64,000 bases of DNA from Desulfomonilia bacterium (lineage in GTDB: Bacteria; Desulfobacterota; Desulfomonilia; UBA1062), in the NCBI GenBank assembly GCA_050014195.1, contig JBEKDT010000002.1, positions 64,001-128,000 on the forward strand. Direction: 5' to 3'. Within the stretch, counting starts at the first letter, position 1, and the number at the start of each line of letters is the position of its first letter. The translations under genes and the position numbers were made by a program. Positions 47,709 through 58,913 of the stretch are shown piece after piece. The notes beneath the pieces are model-generated. The model was not told where the DNA came from and searched no databases. It was given only the letters and a program-made list of their open reading frames with translations.

Positions 47709-50186
47709 ATGACGGAGAGTGAAAAGGACTCGCCTTTTATCTTTGAGGGGATATATGGGCCGCTGCTGAGGCCCATCATCAGGGGCCTCTTCTCCCCGAT
47801 CAACATCCCGGAGCTCTACAAGGAATCAATCACTTCGCTTTCCTCTCAGGGCCATATCGTGTTCGCTCACGGCTCTCAGAGCGCCATGGATGCCCTGCTG
47901 CTCAACTTCAGGCTGAAGAGGGACGGCCTGCCCTACCCTGATATCATCTTCGGGAGCACCTACCCTTTGTTCCAGCCTTCCCTGAAGGTCATCAGACGTT
48001 TGCTGAGCAAGCTTGCAGGATCGACCCCCTTCGATCACGGGTTCTACAAGGGCTTCATGGAGAACCGGCACAATGCATCCCTGCTCTTTCTGGGTAGCGA
48101 ACCGTCCAAGAGAAGACCGGACCCTATCCTGGAACTCCTCAAGATCCAGCGGGAGACGGACATGCCCATTTTCCTCGTACCACAGCGCATTGTCTATCAG
48201 CGCGCCCCGCTCAAGCTTAAAGACACCTCCGACGAGGAACAGGTGCGGGTTACCGGTTTCAGAAAGTTCATCACCCTGTTCAGGGGCAGGGAACATGGTT
48301 TCGTAGAACATGGCGAGCCCATCAACCTGGCCGCGGAACTCAAGCAGGCACAGACCGGGCGTAAATTTTTTGAAGAGATTGCAACCGAACTCAGGAGCGA
48401 GCTGCTCCACCGGCTGGCAGTGCTGGGCAGCAATATCTCGGGTGCGCCCATCCGCGACAGGTCCTTTCTCATCAAGAAGACCATCCGCGATCCCATGCTC
48501 CAATCCTTCCTGAAGTCATTTTCTCTTGAATCAGGAAAATCTCTTAATGAACTCGAAGACTCCGTAGAACGCAACCTCGACCAGATCGCTGCAGACCTGT
48601 CACCTGCCGCCATTAACTTTCTCGACAGGTCGCTTAACTGGGTCTTCAACAACATATTCGACGGTGTGGATATCGACCCCAAGGGTATCCAGTTAGTCAA
48701 GGATATGGCAAGAAAAGGTTCTCTGGTATACGTACCCTGCCACAAGAGCCATATCGACTACCTAATCTTATCTTACTGTCTTTATGAGAACTGGATGAGC
48801 GTTCCCGTCATTGCTGCAGGTATCAACCTTTCATTCTTTCCTCTTGGAACCTTGTTCAGGAAGGGCGGTGCATTCTTCATGAAACGCACCTTCAAAGACA
48901 ATCCCCTCTATGCCCAGACCTTCGGCGCCTATGTAAGGACTTTGCTTGGCGAGCGCATTCCCCTGGAGTTCTTCATAGAGGGTACCAGGAGCCGGTCCGG
49001 CAAGCTCATGCTCCCCAAGAAGGGGCTGCTTTCCATGATCATCCAGGGCTGGGAATCAGGGGTAAGCAGGGACGTGATCTTCGTCCCGGTCTATGTGGGT
49101 TACGATACGGTTGTGGAGGAGAACTCGTACATAAGGGAAATGAAAGGCGCACCCAAGGAGCAAGAGGGCTTCTGGCAGTTACTGAAAGCAGGCTCTGTCT
49201 TGAAGAACCGTTATGGTAAGGTGTATATCCGTTTTGCCAAGCCCATTGCGCTCAATGAATACATGGAGGGCAGGTCAGCCTATTCAGAAATGGATACCGA
49301 GCAGAAAGAAGGCTTCTTCGACGATGTAGCGGACGAAATCATCTCGGCCATCTATGGGCAGACCGTGGCCACCCCGTTTGCGCTCTTGTCGTGTGTTCTT
49401 ATGAGTTCGGACACATCCATGGAAGAGGAGTCCTTAAAAAGGGGCTTCCACGCCTTCCTGGAATACCTCAAACATCACGGTTGCAACCTCGCTTCCACCC
49501 TCATCAATGAAGACGATGCCTTCAGTGAAGCGCTGTCACTCATGAAAAGCAAAGGCCTTATCAACATTGACGAAGGCTCAGGAGAGTCGGAATCGAACCT
49601 CATCACCGTGGAGAGTGAAGATCGTATACACCTTGAATATTACAAGAATACCATCCTGAACTTCTTTGTCCCGGCATCGGTTGTTGCAATTATACTTCTC
49701 AAGAATTCCGATGGAATTGTCGAGAAGGCATTTCAGGAAAAGGTCAGGAACCTGGCCGCCCTCCTGGAGAACGAGTTTATTCTCAACAGACAGAGCGTGG
49801 AGAAGGCACTGCAGTTCATGACCCAAACAGGGATTGTTAAGACTACGAAAGGGCACTATGCAGGAAGCGCCGGGACCGCTGATATCCTCAAAATGTACGC
49901 CGGACTCATTGAGAACTACCTGGAGTCATACCTCTGCGTGGCCAGGAACATCGAGAAGGTCAAGGGCGTAAGCAATAAGGACATCCTGAAAGCCATCAAC
50001 CGCCATGCCACCAGGATGTTTAAAAAAGGGGAAATCAAGCGGTTCGAGTCCTTGTGCCTGCCGGTGTATAAAGGGGCATTGGATACATTCAGGACCAAAG
50101 GGCTCATCGATGATCAGAACAGCATCATAGATGAACGTCCTATTAAGGAGCTTATTCATGAGATCGAGGGATATCTGGAGGTTTAA
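47709..50186 (+). CDS. plsB: Glycerol-3-phosphate O-acyltransferase
   Basis: PCHKSHIDY (HxxxxD), AAGINL, GAFFMKR, FFIEGTRSRSGK; ATG 47709 chosen as start. Confidence 0.9.
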   Translation: MTESEKDSPFIFEGIYGPLLRPIIRGLFSPINIPELYKESITSLSSQGHIVFAHGSQSAMDALLLNFRLKRDGLPYPDIIFGSTYPLFQPSLKVIRRLLSKLAGSTPFDHGFYKGFMENRHNASLLFLGSEPSKRRPDPILELLKIQRETDMPIFLVPQRIVYQRAPLKLKDTSDEEQVRVTGFRKFITLFRGREHGFVEHGEPINLAAELKQAQTGRKFFEEIATELRSELLHRLAVLGSNISGAPIRDRSFLIKKTIRDPMLQSFLKSFSLESGKSLNELEDSVERNLDQIAADLSPAAINFLDRSLNWVFNNIFDGVDIDPKGIQLVKDMARKGSLVYVPCHKSHIDYLILSYCLYENWMSVPVIAAGINLSFFPLGTLFRKGGAFFMKRTFKDNPLYAQTFGAYVRTLLGERIPLEFFIEGTRSRSGKLMLPKKGLLSMIIQGWESGVSRDVIFVPVYVGYDTVVEENSYIREMKGAPKEQEGFWQLLKAGSVLKNRYGKVYIRFAKPIALNEYMEGRSAYSEMDTEQKEGFFDDVADEIISAIYGQTVATPFALLSCVLMSSDTSMEEESLKRGFHAFLEYLKHHGCNLASTLINEDDAFSEALSLMKSKGLINIDEGSGESESNLITVESEDRIHLEYYKNTILNFFVPASVVAIILLKNSDGIVEKAFQEKVRNLAALLENEFILNRQSVEKALQFMTQTGIVKTTKGHYAGSAGTADILKMYAGLIENYLESYLCVARNIEKVKGVSNKDILKAINRHATRMFKKGEIKRFESLCLPVYKGALDTFRTKGLIDDQNSIIDERPIKELIHEIEGYLEV

Positions 50187-50796
50187 TTATCTTGGTTTTG
50201 TTGTTGTCATCATAATCCTTCTTTCCGGTTGTGCCCATTATCAAAGACCAGGTCAAGGATATGTGGAGACAGGCACGGCCTCCTGGTATGGAGAAGACTT
50301 CCATGGCAAGCCCACGTCTTCGGGCGAGCGTTACAACATGTATGGTATTTCGGCGGCACATAAAACCATCCCGCTTGGGTGCAAGGTGCGGGTAACCAAC
50401 CTTGATAACGGACAGCAGGTTATCTGCCTCATCAATGACCGGGGTCCGTTCGTCGGCGACAGGATCATTGATATGTCCTACGGGGCCGCCCAGCAGCTCG
50501 GCATGGTGGATTGCGGCCTTGCACGGGTGAAGGTCGAGGTTTTGGAAATGCCTAGATACTATTCTGGCGGCAAATATACCTTACAGTTCGGTGCCTTTTC
50601 CGCCAAGGACAATGCATTGAGGCTGGCAAGCATGCTTGAGTCCAAGGGATACACCGCCAATGTCGAGGAGGCAAAGGTTTATGGTAACACCGTGTATCGT
50701 GTCCGATTCGGTGCATTTACCTCCATCGATCTTGCCAAGTCTTATGAACAGAAATGTACCTCGGAAGGGCTCACCTGCTTTGTCGTAGGCCTATAA
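50158..50796 (+). CDS. rlpA: Septal ring lytic transglycosylase RlpA with SPOR domain
   Basis: Lipobox LSGC; ASWYG..FHG..T.SGE, AAHKT, INDRGPF, IIDMS; LQFGAF SPOR. Confidence 0.92.
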   Translation: MRSRDIWRFNYLGFVVVIIILLSGCAHYQRPGQGYVETGTASWYGEDFHGKPTSSGERYNMYGISAAHKTIPLGCKVRVTNLDNGQQVICLINDRGPFVGDRIIDMSYGAAQQLGMVDCGLARVKVEVLEMPRYYSGGKYTLQFGAFSAKDNALRLASMLESKGYTANVEEAKVYGNTVYRVRFGAFTSIDLAKSYEQKCTSEGLTCFVVGL

Positions 50797-50979
50797 GAGG
50801 TAGTTTCTCAAGCATTGGATTGCAGAGATTGTTTTATGCCGAAGATTGTGACCGTGCAGGGATCTATACATGAATTGATTTACTATGGGAGGGTCTTAGT
50901 GAACCCTCACGGTTGGATTTAGATAAAGGTTAGCTGTTGTTCTGCCTCTTTATTCTGAATAGCACTTTAAATCCCGTGC

Positions 50980-51975
50980 TTAATAAAAATCCCCTGCTAA
51001 ATCATACCGGGGATTGATAACATATTTGCCGGTCTTATCGATGAATCCCCACTTACCATTTTTGCCTCCATCTTTTACAGCTGCCAATCCTTTAGAAAAG
51101 CCCAAGGCTTTATCAAACTGGGGATTAATTACATAATTACTTGCTCTATCAATATACCCCCAGTTACCTTCTACCCCGCCCACCTGGACAGCGGCTAAAC
51201 CCTCAGCATCATCAAATTGAAAATTGATAACAAGTTTAGCCATCTTGTCGATATAACCAAATTTTTGTTGGTAACTTAATATTCCAGCAACTCCGACAAG
51301 CGCCCAGCCTTCAGAAAACTGTCCGGCATCTTCAAACTGGGGTTGGATCACATATTTACCGCCTTTATTGATATAACCCCACTTACCTTTGTTTCCTTGT
51401 CCAATTTTGACATTTGCCAGACCTTCGTGAAAGTCACCCACTTCATTAAATTGAGGATTAATCACATATTTGCCGGTTCTATTGATAAATCCCCATCTTC
51501 CATTTTCACCGCCTACATTAATAGCAGCTAAGCCTTCAGAAAAGTCCTCGACCTCATCAAACTGTGGATAGATCTCATAGTCGCCAGCCTTATCGATATA
51601 ACCCCATTTCCCTTTTTTACCTCCAATATTGACAGCAGCCAGGTCCTCACTGAAAGACAAAGCTTCATCAAACTGAGGATAGATCTCATATTTACCGGCC
51701 TTATTGATATAACCCCACTTACCTTTTTCACCCGCTGTCTTTACGGCTGCCAATCCTTCAGAGAAACTGTTGTAATCTTCAAACTTGGGATTGTTGATTA
51801 CAATCCTACATTTCTTATCTATATAAAAATATTTATTATCTGTACTTACAAGCGCTAAAGCCGTTGCATCTTTTTGTTGATTGTTGTTACCATTGGTGCA
51901 CCCTACCTGGAAAAACGATGACACTAGTATCATAAGACAAGCTAATATAATGACAAATTTATTCAATTTAGCCAT
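50980..51975 (-). CDS. WG-repeat (KWG) beta-repeat lipoprotein
   Basis: About seven F.EGLAAV..GKWG(Y/F)I.K.G..VI.PQF units; N-terminal signal with VGC. Confidence 0.9.
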   Translation of the reverse strand: MAKLNKFVIILACLMILVSSFFQVGCTNGNNNQQKDATALALVSTDNKYFYIDKKCRIVINNPKFEDYNSFSEGLAAVKTAGEKGKWGYINKAGKYEIYPQFDEALSFSEDLAAVNIGGKKGKWGYIDKAGDYEIYPQFDEVEDFSEGLAAINVGGENGRWGFINRTGKYVINPQFNEVGDFHEGLANVKIGQGNKGKWGYINKGGKYVIQPQFEDAGQFSEGWALVGVAGILSYQQKFGYIDKMAKLVINFQFDDAEGLAAVQVGGVEGNWGYIDRASNYVINPQFDKALGFSKGLAAVKDGGKNGKWGFIDKTGKYVINPRYDLAGDFY

Positions 51976-52227
51976 ACTCCCACGTTCAACACTCCCGAAC
52001 ACAGACATTTATAGTATCTTGTCAAACTAGAGACAATTTAAAGATGCATTCTATTGGTATTATCCTGCAGGAAAAGAGATCCCTTCCGCCGAGAAACCAC
52101 CTATAGATAGACCCAGACAAATACGACCGGCAGAGATATTTCAGTATATATGGTTTGTCAAAATCAGAACGCAGAAAGAAATTGAGTTGCTCGGATGTAT
52201 TTTGAGATACCTTATAGTTTCTTATGC

Positions 52228-52404
52228 CTATTTTTTCTTTAGTTCTTCACCACAACAAGAAAATGTGCATCCATTTACGCAGCATGAAGCAGAAGAGCCT
52301 CCTGGCTCCTTACATTCTTTGCATTCTTGAACTATTTTAATCTCAAGGCCACATTCCTTGCACATGTAAATCTCGTTTTTTTTCATTGTAGCGCAACTCA
52401 GCAT
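52228..52404 (-). CDS. 58-aa Cys-rich desulforedoxin/metallothionein-like protein
   Basis: GAAGGAG RBS; YMCKECGLEI..CKEC..CC...C..CCGEEL (10 Cys). Confidence 0.7.
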   Translation of the reverse strand: MLSCATMKKNEIYMCKECGLEIKIVQECKECKEPGGSSASCCVNGCTFSCCGEELKKK

Positions 52405-52636
52405 AGATATCTCCTTCACTTTTCTTTTGAGTTGATAATAATTGTTGAACATCCAGAAACAAGTACCCATCGTGTGCTCAAATCCTGTTAAGCTGGATTA
52501 TTGTTCTTCTTGTTATTAGAGGTCCATTTTTCTGGCAGGCTTGACTTTCATGGGAATGGTATTACTATGTATTACCGAAGAAATCCTGAGTTGAGAGAAA
52601 AATAATAGACAACACTATATTGTGAGGAGGTAACAT

Positions 52637-53578
52637 ATGAACAAAAAAGTATTTTTCGGAATAGTTATTCTAACCATGGGTGCTGTTATTTTTTCAATTG
52701 GGTGTAATAGTTCAAGCCATACAGGAGCAGAAGGCTCACACAAGATTAAAGTTGTGACAACACTTTTCCCCCTCTATGACTTTGCGAAAAATGTCGGAAA
52801 AGATAAGGTAGAGGTTTCATTGCTGCTTCCTCCTGGTGTGGAGGCCCATTCATTTGAACCCAAACCAAGTGACATTATCAAGATTAATGAAGCGGATCTT
52901 TTTGTGTATACAGGCAAATTTATGGAGCCATGGGCGGCAGGTGTAATAAAAGGTGTTTCAAATAAGAATCTCATTGTAATTGATGCAAGCCAAGGCACGA
53001 AGATGATTCCTGGTGTATTTCACGATGAAGATGAACCTGCAGGATCACTTGACCCTCATATTTGGCTTGATTTTGATAATGCCAAAATAATGATTAACAA
53101 CATCATGCAGGGCTTACAAACCAAGGATACTTTAAATAAGGATTTTTATAAAGAGAAAGCAGATGAATATAACAAGAAGCTAACTGAAATGGATATTACG
53201 TACAGCACAACTCTCTCCCCTTACAAAGGCAAAACGATCATTTATGGAGGACATTATGCTTTCGGTTATTTGGCTCGCCGGTATGGTTTGATCTATCTGG
53301 CCGCCCAGGGTGTCTCTCCTGATGCCGAACCTACTGCCAACGACCTTGCCAAACTGGTGGAGCAGATAAAAAAAGACAACATCAAATATGTTTACTATGA
53401 AGAGCTTACAAGCCCCAAGATTGCCGAAACGATTGCCAATGAAACGAATGCGAAAATGCTGCTTCTCAATGCAGCTCATAATTTGACAAAGGATCAATTT
53501 GAGCATGGCTTATCATTTCTTGATATTCTAAAAGAGGATCTTGCTAATTTGAAAGTCGGGCTCCAAGCCCAACAGTAA
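52637..53578 (+). CDS. Zn/Mn ABC transporter substrate-binding lipoprotein (ZnuA/AdcA family)
   Basis: Lipobox SIGC; VVTTLFP, EAHSFEP, DPHIWL, HYAFGY. Confidence 0.92.
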   Translation: MNKKVFFGIVILTMGAVIFSIGCNSSSHTGAEGSHKIKVVTTLFPLYDFAKNVGKDKVEVSLLLPPGVEAHSFEPKPSDIIKINEADLFVYTGKFMEPWAAGVIKGVSNKNLIVIDASQGTKMIPGVFHDEDEPAGSLDPHIWLDFDNAKIMINNIMQGLQTKDTLNKDFYKEKADEYNKKLTEMDITYSTTLSPYKGKTIIYGGHYAFGYLARRYGLIYLAAQGVSPDAEPTANDLAKLVEQIKKDNIKYVYYEELTSPKIAETIANETNAKMLLLNAAHNLTKDQFEHGLSFLDILKEDLANLKVGLQAQQ

Positions 53579-53696
53579 GACCCAGGTAATGGTCTCGTGA
53601 TTGACACCAGCTGAAGATTATGTGCCAGAACCAGTACTCTGAGCCTGTAGGATTATCTGCATGAAGAATTAATCAGATAATCATGGATAACAAAAT

Positions 53697-53737
53697 GGGC
53701 CTTCCTTCCAGGAAGTTTCTCCCTAGAAGGAAGGCCC
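53697..53737. terminator. Hairpin between convergent genes
   Basis: GGGCCTTCCTTC..GAAGGAAGGCCC. Confidence 0.6.
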
Positions 53738-53775
53738 TGCTTTCTGATAGATATTTCTCGTTTCAGTCCAGTATT

Positions 53776-55701
53776 CTACTGAATAGTGATCCTAGGCTTC
53801 TCCACGACACTATAATACAATCCCGGGTCACCTTTTGGTAATGGGAATACTTCGCCAAGGAAATACATCAAGGCCATCCATGGCTTGAGTTCGATTTCAT
53901 CCCCACCGGTACCGGAAATCGTCTGACCCGTTAAAATACGATGATAGGTCATGAAAGCGGTAATGGAGGTTATTGGATTCCCGCTCATATCTCGCGGAAT
54001 AATCTGCATGCCGGGAGGCAATTTGGCGGTGACTGCACCCATCATCTCCAATGCATAGAGATCCGCAACACCATGATAGAGTTTTGTAGTGGGATCATTG
54101 TTAGTAATATCCACAGGTGTTGTTGGACCCATGCATAAGGGATCAGCAGGAGAGTAAACAGAAACATTCGTGACACCCTGCAAATACTGCGCAAGACTCG
54201 TTTTATACGTTATATTTAACCCCGAGAAATTGAGGTAATAATCGGATCCCAGCGTAGGGCCAATGGTGAGGCCCGCTTCACAGATAGTGCGTAAATCCGC
54301 CCCTGTTACATAGAAAGATAAGAGGGGGTAACCGAGTACAGGCTGGTTCGTGTCAGGCGAGATACCCAGAGGCAACGCGTCATAAATATCTGCAAATGTG
54401 ATATCACCAGCCTCAGCAGGAGTCCGGGTAGGGAATATATCGTCGCGAATAACACCGTTTTCAACCACACTGAAATCAAAAGCCTTTTCTGCCGTGTACG
54501 GTGCAAAGGCAGTAGCAATGGTTCTGAAAGAATCTGCTGAAAGATCGCCCAGTTCTGATTCCCCTGTGCCTGACTTTTGTAAGGGAGAACTGGTATATGA
54601 AATCGGAGCTGTCAAATTAACGCCAAGAGCAGACAGGCTGTAATTTAAGTCGGCATTATAATTGCTGACAATTCCTTGCATTGTAGCATCACCTTGAATG
54701 GTATCATTCACTGGGATAAGGGTGTACTTGTAATTAACGATCTTACCCAGAAAATAATTGTAGGTAATGTCTATCCTGCTGAGATACTCACCATATGCAC
54801 CCGGTTCAAAGATTATGGTATTCGAAGGCCCCACGACATAAGCAGATGGGGTTGCAGTATGGTAATGACCTGAACAGATTAGATTGATCCCAGTGATGTT
54901 GTTGGCCAAATTAACATCGTCTCCGGTAGGGATTGTACTGCCGCTAGGAGGGTTATTAATGCCGCCATGGGACAAGGCGATGACAACCTGAACACAATCC
55001 TTGTTCAACAGGTTATTCACTAGTTGCTGAATATCAGAGTATGCATGGTCAAACGTCACAGGTGGTGCTGCCGGTGCCTCCGAATCGGCATTCGGGCCCA
55101 TGAGTCCCAGAACGCCGATCTTCACACCATAGGGAAGCTGTATGATCTTTTTATTCACAATAACACCAGAATTAATAAGAGACTGAATTGGGTTAGGTGG
55201 AGTACTGGTAGGAACAGTCATATTGCTTGCAATAACCGGAACATTAAATCCTCCATTACTAACCCCATTTCCCAAAAGCAGTGCCAGGCCCGAGTCAGAC
55301 CAGTCAAACTCATGATTGCCCAAGGTGACTGCATCATATTTCATTTGGGTGAAATATTTGAGGGCAGCGGGGCCATAATTAGGATCCTTGGCAGTCATAT
55401 CATAAACTGTCCCCATGAAATAATCACCCGAATCAAAGAGCAATACCGGAATCTGATTTGCAGCCTGCTGCTTACGTATTGTGTTAATGAGGGCGGCCAA
55501 CCTTGAATATCCGCCGAGAACCTGATCTTTATCGGCGGTATTTAAGGGGGTGTAATCGAGAAACGGTCCATACCCGCCGGCATGGTTATGGACATCCGAG
55601 GTCTGCAGGATTGTTATGGAGACGTTTCCCAAGATACAGGCACTGGTGAATAGTATAAGTAAAGAAATTCCAACCCATGCGCATATTTTTAGTGCTTTCA
55701 T
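53776..55701 (-). CDS. Bifunctional metallophosphatase / 5'-nucleotidase lipoprotein
   Basis: TSDVH, DSGD, GNHEFD, LSHGG, SGHYH, NGVIR; lipobox TSAC. Confidence 0.9.
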   Translation of the reverse strand: MKALKICAWVGISLLILFTSACILGNVSITILQTSDVHNHAGGYGPFLDYTPLNTADKDQVLGGYSRLAALINTIRKQQAANQIPVLLFDSGDYFMGTVYDMTAKDPNYGPAALKYFTQMKYDAVTLGNHEFDWSDSGLALLLGNGVSNGGFNVPVIASNMTVPTSTPPNPIQSLINSGVIVNKKIIQLPYGVKIGVLGLMGPNADSEAPAAPPVTFDHAYSDIQQLVNNLLNKDCVQVVIALSHGGINNPPSGSTIPTGDDVNLANNITGINLICSGHYHTATPSAYVVGPSNTIIFEPGAYGEYLSRIDITYNYFLGKIVNYKYTLIPVNDTIQGDATMQGIVSNYNADLNYSLSALGVNLTAPISYTSSPLQKSGTGESELGDLSADSFRTIATAFAPYTAEKAFDFSVVENGVIRDDIFPTRTPAEAGDITFADIYDALPLGISPDTNQPVLGYPLLSFYVTGADLRTICEAGLTIGPTLGSDYYLNFSGLNITYKTSLAQYLQGVTNVSVYSPADPLCMGPTTPVDITNNDPTTKLYHGVADLYALEMMGAVTAKLPPGMQIIPRDMSGNPITSITAFMTYHRILTGQTISGTGGDEIELKPWMALMYFLGEVFPLPKGDPGLYYSVVEKPRITIQ

Positions 55702-55917
55702 AAGGAACCTCCTCTTTGATATGGATCTTGTTGATATGTCTATGATAATTTTAAGCAGATTAAATTTCTACACAAAAATGATTTGCAAAAATAATACCGA
55801 ATAGTCATTTTTTAATTTTGCAGTGATTTTGATGAAATATGCATATTTCAATTATGTAACCTGCCGATTAAAGTAATTCTCTTCTATAATAATGGAATAA
55901 TATTTCCATCATCATGA

Positions 55918-56538
55918 TTGATCGTATATATCTTTTTGCTTCCATTCTCCACCTGGGCAATGACCCCGCTTACCGATTCCGAGCTTTCAGATGTCAATGG
56001 TCAGGCAGGTGTAAGCATCATGCCGAATATTGCCATGAATATCCACTTTGACGTCCTGGCCTGGGGAGATTCAGACGGCCTTGGGTCAAACAACATCTGG
56101 GGTGGTCAAACGAGTGGCGGATATGTCGGACTAACTAATTTCAACATCACCAATCTCCAGATCAAGCTCCGTGATGATGACAATTATAACGGATACAATT
56201 CACTTATGATGAAGCCGATTACTATCGACGTAGCAACCGGCTACATACCATATGGAGCCGATACCACATTTGTCCGCATCGGGCCGGGTGCTCTTAAGAT
56301 CAGTATGGACCAGATGCAATTTGATGTTGCACTAGGTCCACATGTCGATACAACTACCGGTAATACTCCAGTTTTAAAACAGGTTCTAGGAGTTGCTACG
56401 CTGGGTCCAATGGATGTGTACGTTAACCCACAAAGTTATGTTGATGTCTACTCGCATGCAAGTCACGGGGTTACTTTTAATGTGAATATGATACTTGACA
56501 GCATAAATATAGCTTATGTGTCATGGGGTGGACATTAG
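55918..56538 (+). CDS. DUF6160-like secreted protein (start uncertain)
   Basis: WA-MTPLTDSELSDVNGQAGVSI, WGDSDG, ITIDVAT, VSWG. Confidence 0.7.
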   Translation: MIVYIFLLPFSTWAMTPLTDSELSDVNGQAGVSIMPNIAMNIHFDVLAWGDSDGLGSNNIWGGQTSGGYVGLTNFNITNLQIKLRDDDNYNGYNSLMMKPITIDVATGYIPYGADTTFVRIGPGALKISMDQMQFDVALGPHVDTTTGNTPVLKQVLGVATLGPMDVYVNPQSYVDVYSHASHGVTFNVNMILDSINIAYVSWGGH

Positions 56539-56598
56539 TATAAACCGTCCTCCATCAAATTCTCCTTGGCACCATCAATCACAGGTGGAATAAGCTTA

Positions 56599-57192
56599 TC
56601 ACAATTTGTATTTATCAAGGGCATACTCTACTTTAACTTCCCCAAAATTCAGTATAGTATAAACCTCGCCAACTCCAGGTGCTAAATAAGAGAATCCATC
56701 GAAGTGCTGCATTTTCTTATCAGCCTGAAAAGACATTTTCAGACAATTTTTATATTGGCGATTATCTAATTCTACTGTTTCAATTTTCTCAGCTTGATAT
56801 CGTGTCTGTCCATCTGATGTACGTGCTGTCCAAGTGGTTCCCACTTTTATCGGAAATGGTGTCACTAAATACTCTGGCCGTGCATTATTATTTTCATCAA
56901 TTTTGTAGATACCCTCTTTTGTCCTCCTGTTGAAACTTATATGTGGCTTTTCGCCGGGAATCCCAGATGTAAGAGTGACCTGCTTATAATACGTCTTACC
57001 GTTGATGGTTTCTTCACCATTAATACGGATTATCATCCTTCCTTTATAAACCCCACCAGGCGTTGTATACTTTAACAAGTATTCCCATTGTGTTCCATTA
57101 GAGGCTTTAGGAAAGTAGATCTCGCCTGGCTGTTGTTTTGAACATGCAAATAGAATCAACAACACAATAAACATATATAAAGCTTTTCGCAT
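56599..57192 (-). CDS. Hypothetical beta-rich lipoprotein
   Basis: Lipobox LFAC; YFP..G..WEY, PIKVGTTW, LAPGVG. Confidence 0.75.
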   Translation of the reverse strand: MRKALYMFIVLLILFACSKQQPGEIYFPKASNGTQWEYLLKYTTPGGVYKGRMIIRINGEETINGKTYYKQVTLTSGIPGEKPHISFNRRTKEGIYKIDENNNARPEYLVTPFPIKVGTTWTARTSDGQTRYQAEKIETVELDNRQYKNCLKMSFQADKKMQHFDGFSYLAPGVGEVYTILNFGEVKVEYALDKYKL

Positions 57193-57452
57193 CTTATATA
57201 TTTCTCCCTTAAACCATTTTCTTATATATTGATAAGTCACTACAGCAAGAGGCTAAATCCTTATATAACAAAGTGACAGTACATCGCTACATATATTGTG
57301 TCTTTTCAAAGACAAATGTTTGTAAAACCCATCTCTTCTTGAGCATAGCAAAGAATCTCATTCTTTGGTAATATACATAACCGAGATTTGAACAACAGCC
57401 TGAAACATACGGAAACTATAGCCGAACACAGCCATATGAGGAGGAAGTTACT

Positions 57453-58742
57453 ATGAGCGAGATACTTGATGTCTTGGCACGGGAGATTCTTGATTCACGG
57501 GGAAATCCGACCGTTGAGGTGGATGTCTATCTGTCTACCGGCGACATGGGCAGGGCAGCCGTTCCCTCGGGCGCATCCACCGGAGCCAGTGAGGCCGTTG
57601 AGCTGCGTGATGGTGACCCCAAGAGATACAAGGGCAAAGGCACCACCAAGGCGGTAGAAAATGTGAATAAAAAGATCGCACCCGCCCTGGTGGGGTTGGA
57701 TGTCCTGGACCAGGTGGGTATAGATAGTCTGCTGATCGAGCTGGATGAGACCGAGAACAAATCAAAGCTCGGTGCCAACGCAACCACAGGGGTGTCCGTG
57801 GCTGTGGCACGGGCAGCTGCGAACTTCTTCGGTCTGCCGCTTTATCGGTACATCGGCGGGGCGTTTGCCCGGGAAATCCCGGTCCCGCAGATGAACATCA
57901 TCAACGGCGGCAAGCATGCGGACAACAATGTGGACCTGCAGGAATTCATGGTAACGCCCATCGGCGCCCCGAACTTCCGGGAGGCCCTGCGCTACGCGGC
58001 CGAGACCTTTCACGCTCTGCGTGAGATCCTTATCAAAAATGATTATGCCACAGGCGTGGGTGACGAGGGTGGGTTTGCACCCAACCTCAAGTCCAATGCC
58101 GAGCCCTTCCAGCTCATTGTGCAGGCCATCGAGAAGGCCGGCTATAAGCCCGGCGAGGATGTGGCCATTGCCATAGATGCTGCTGCCAGCTCCTTCTACA
58201 AGGATGGGAAGTACATCCTGGCCTCCGAGAAGGACCCGGAGCGGACTGCCGAGGAGATGATCGACTTCTATGAGGAGCTCATCAAGAAATACCCCATAGT
58301 CTCCCTGGAAGACGGCCTTGACGAGGCAGACTGGGACGGTTGGAAAAAGCTCATGAAGCGCCTGGGCGGCAAGGTCCAGATCGTCGGCGACGACATCTTC
58401 GTGACCAACCCAAAGTTCCTTGCACGAGGCATAAAGGAAAAGGCAGCCAACTCCATCCTCATCAAGGTGAACCAGATCGGGACACTGACCGAGACCATGC
58501 AGACCGTTGAGATGGCCCGCAGGGCCGGGTTCACCACAGTCTTTTCCCACCGCTCCGGCGAGACCGAGGACGCCTGGCTGGCAGACGTGGCGGTCGGGTA
58601 CAGCGGAGGCCAGCTCAAGACCGGCTCAACTTCCCGGGGAGAGAGACTTGCCAAGTACAACCAGCTCATGCGCATCGAGGAAGAGCTCGGGGCCTCGTCC
58701 GTGTTCAGAGGGAAGGATGTGCTGTACAGCATCAAAAAGTAA
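57453..58742 (+). CDS. eno: Enolase
   Basis: [44 protein letters not shown]. Confidence 0.98.
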   Translation: MSEILDVLAREILDSRGNPTVEVDVYLSTGDMGRAAVPSGASTGASEAVELRDGDPKRYKGKGTTKAVENVNKKIAPALVGLDVLDQVGIDSLLIELDETENKSKLGANATTGVSVAVARAAANFFGLPLYRYIGGAFAREIPVPQMNIINGGKHADNNVDLQEFMVTPIGAPNFREALRYAAETFHALREILIKNDYATGVGDEGGFAPNLKSNAEPFQLIVQAIEKAGYKPGEDVAIAIDAAASSFYKDGKYILASEKDPERTAEEMIDFYEELIKKYPIVSLEDGLDEADWDGWKKLMKRLGGKVQIVGDDIFVTNPKFLARGIKEKAANSILIKVNQIGTLTETMQTVEMARRAGFTTVFSHRSGETEDAWLADVAVGYSGGQLKTGSTSRGERLAKYNQLMRIEEELGASSVFRGKDVLYSIKK

Positions 58743-58747
58743 ATGTC

Positions 58748-58772
58748 AGGGGGGCTGACGCCCCCCTTTTTT
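58748..58772 (+). terminator. Rho-independent terminator of eno
   Basis: AGGGGGGC-tgac-GCCCCCCT followed by a T-tract. Confidence 0.85.
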
Positions 58773-58913
58773 GTGAACAGTGATCACTGATCACTCAAAC
58801 ATCCCATCCTTGCTTTTTTTTCATGTTTGGATTAACCATCCCGTTTTATGTGTGTATTACACTCTAAGGAGTCATGCCTTTGAGCATACCTTACCAGTGA
58901 GAGAGGAGGCACA

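Noticed and set aside
50980-51800. Regularly spaced repeats as a possible CRISPR array
   Set aside because: These are in-frame coding WG repeats with no unique spacers; no cas genes are in the window.
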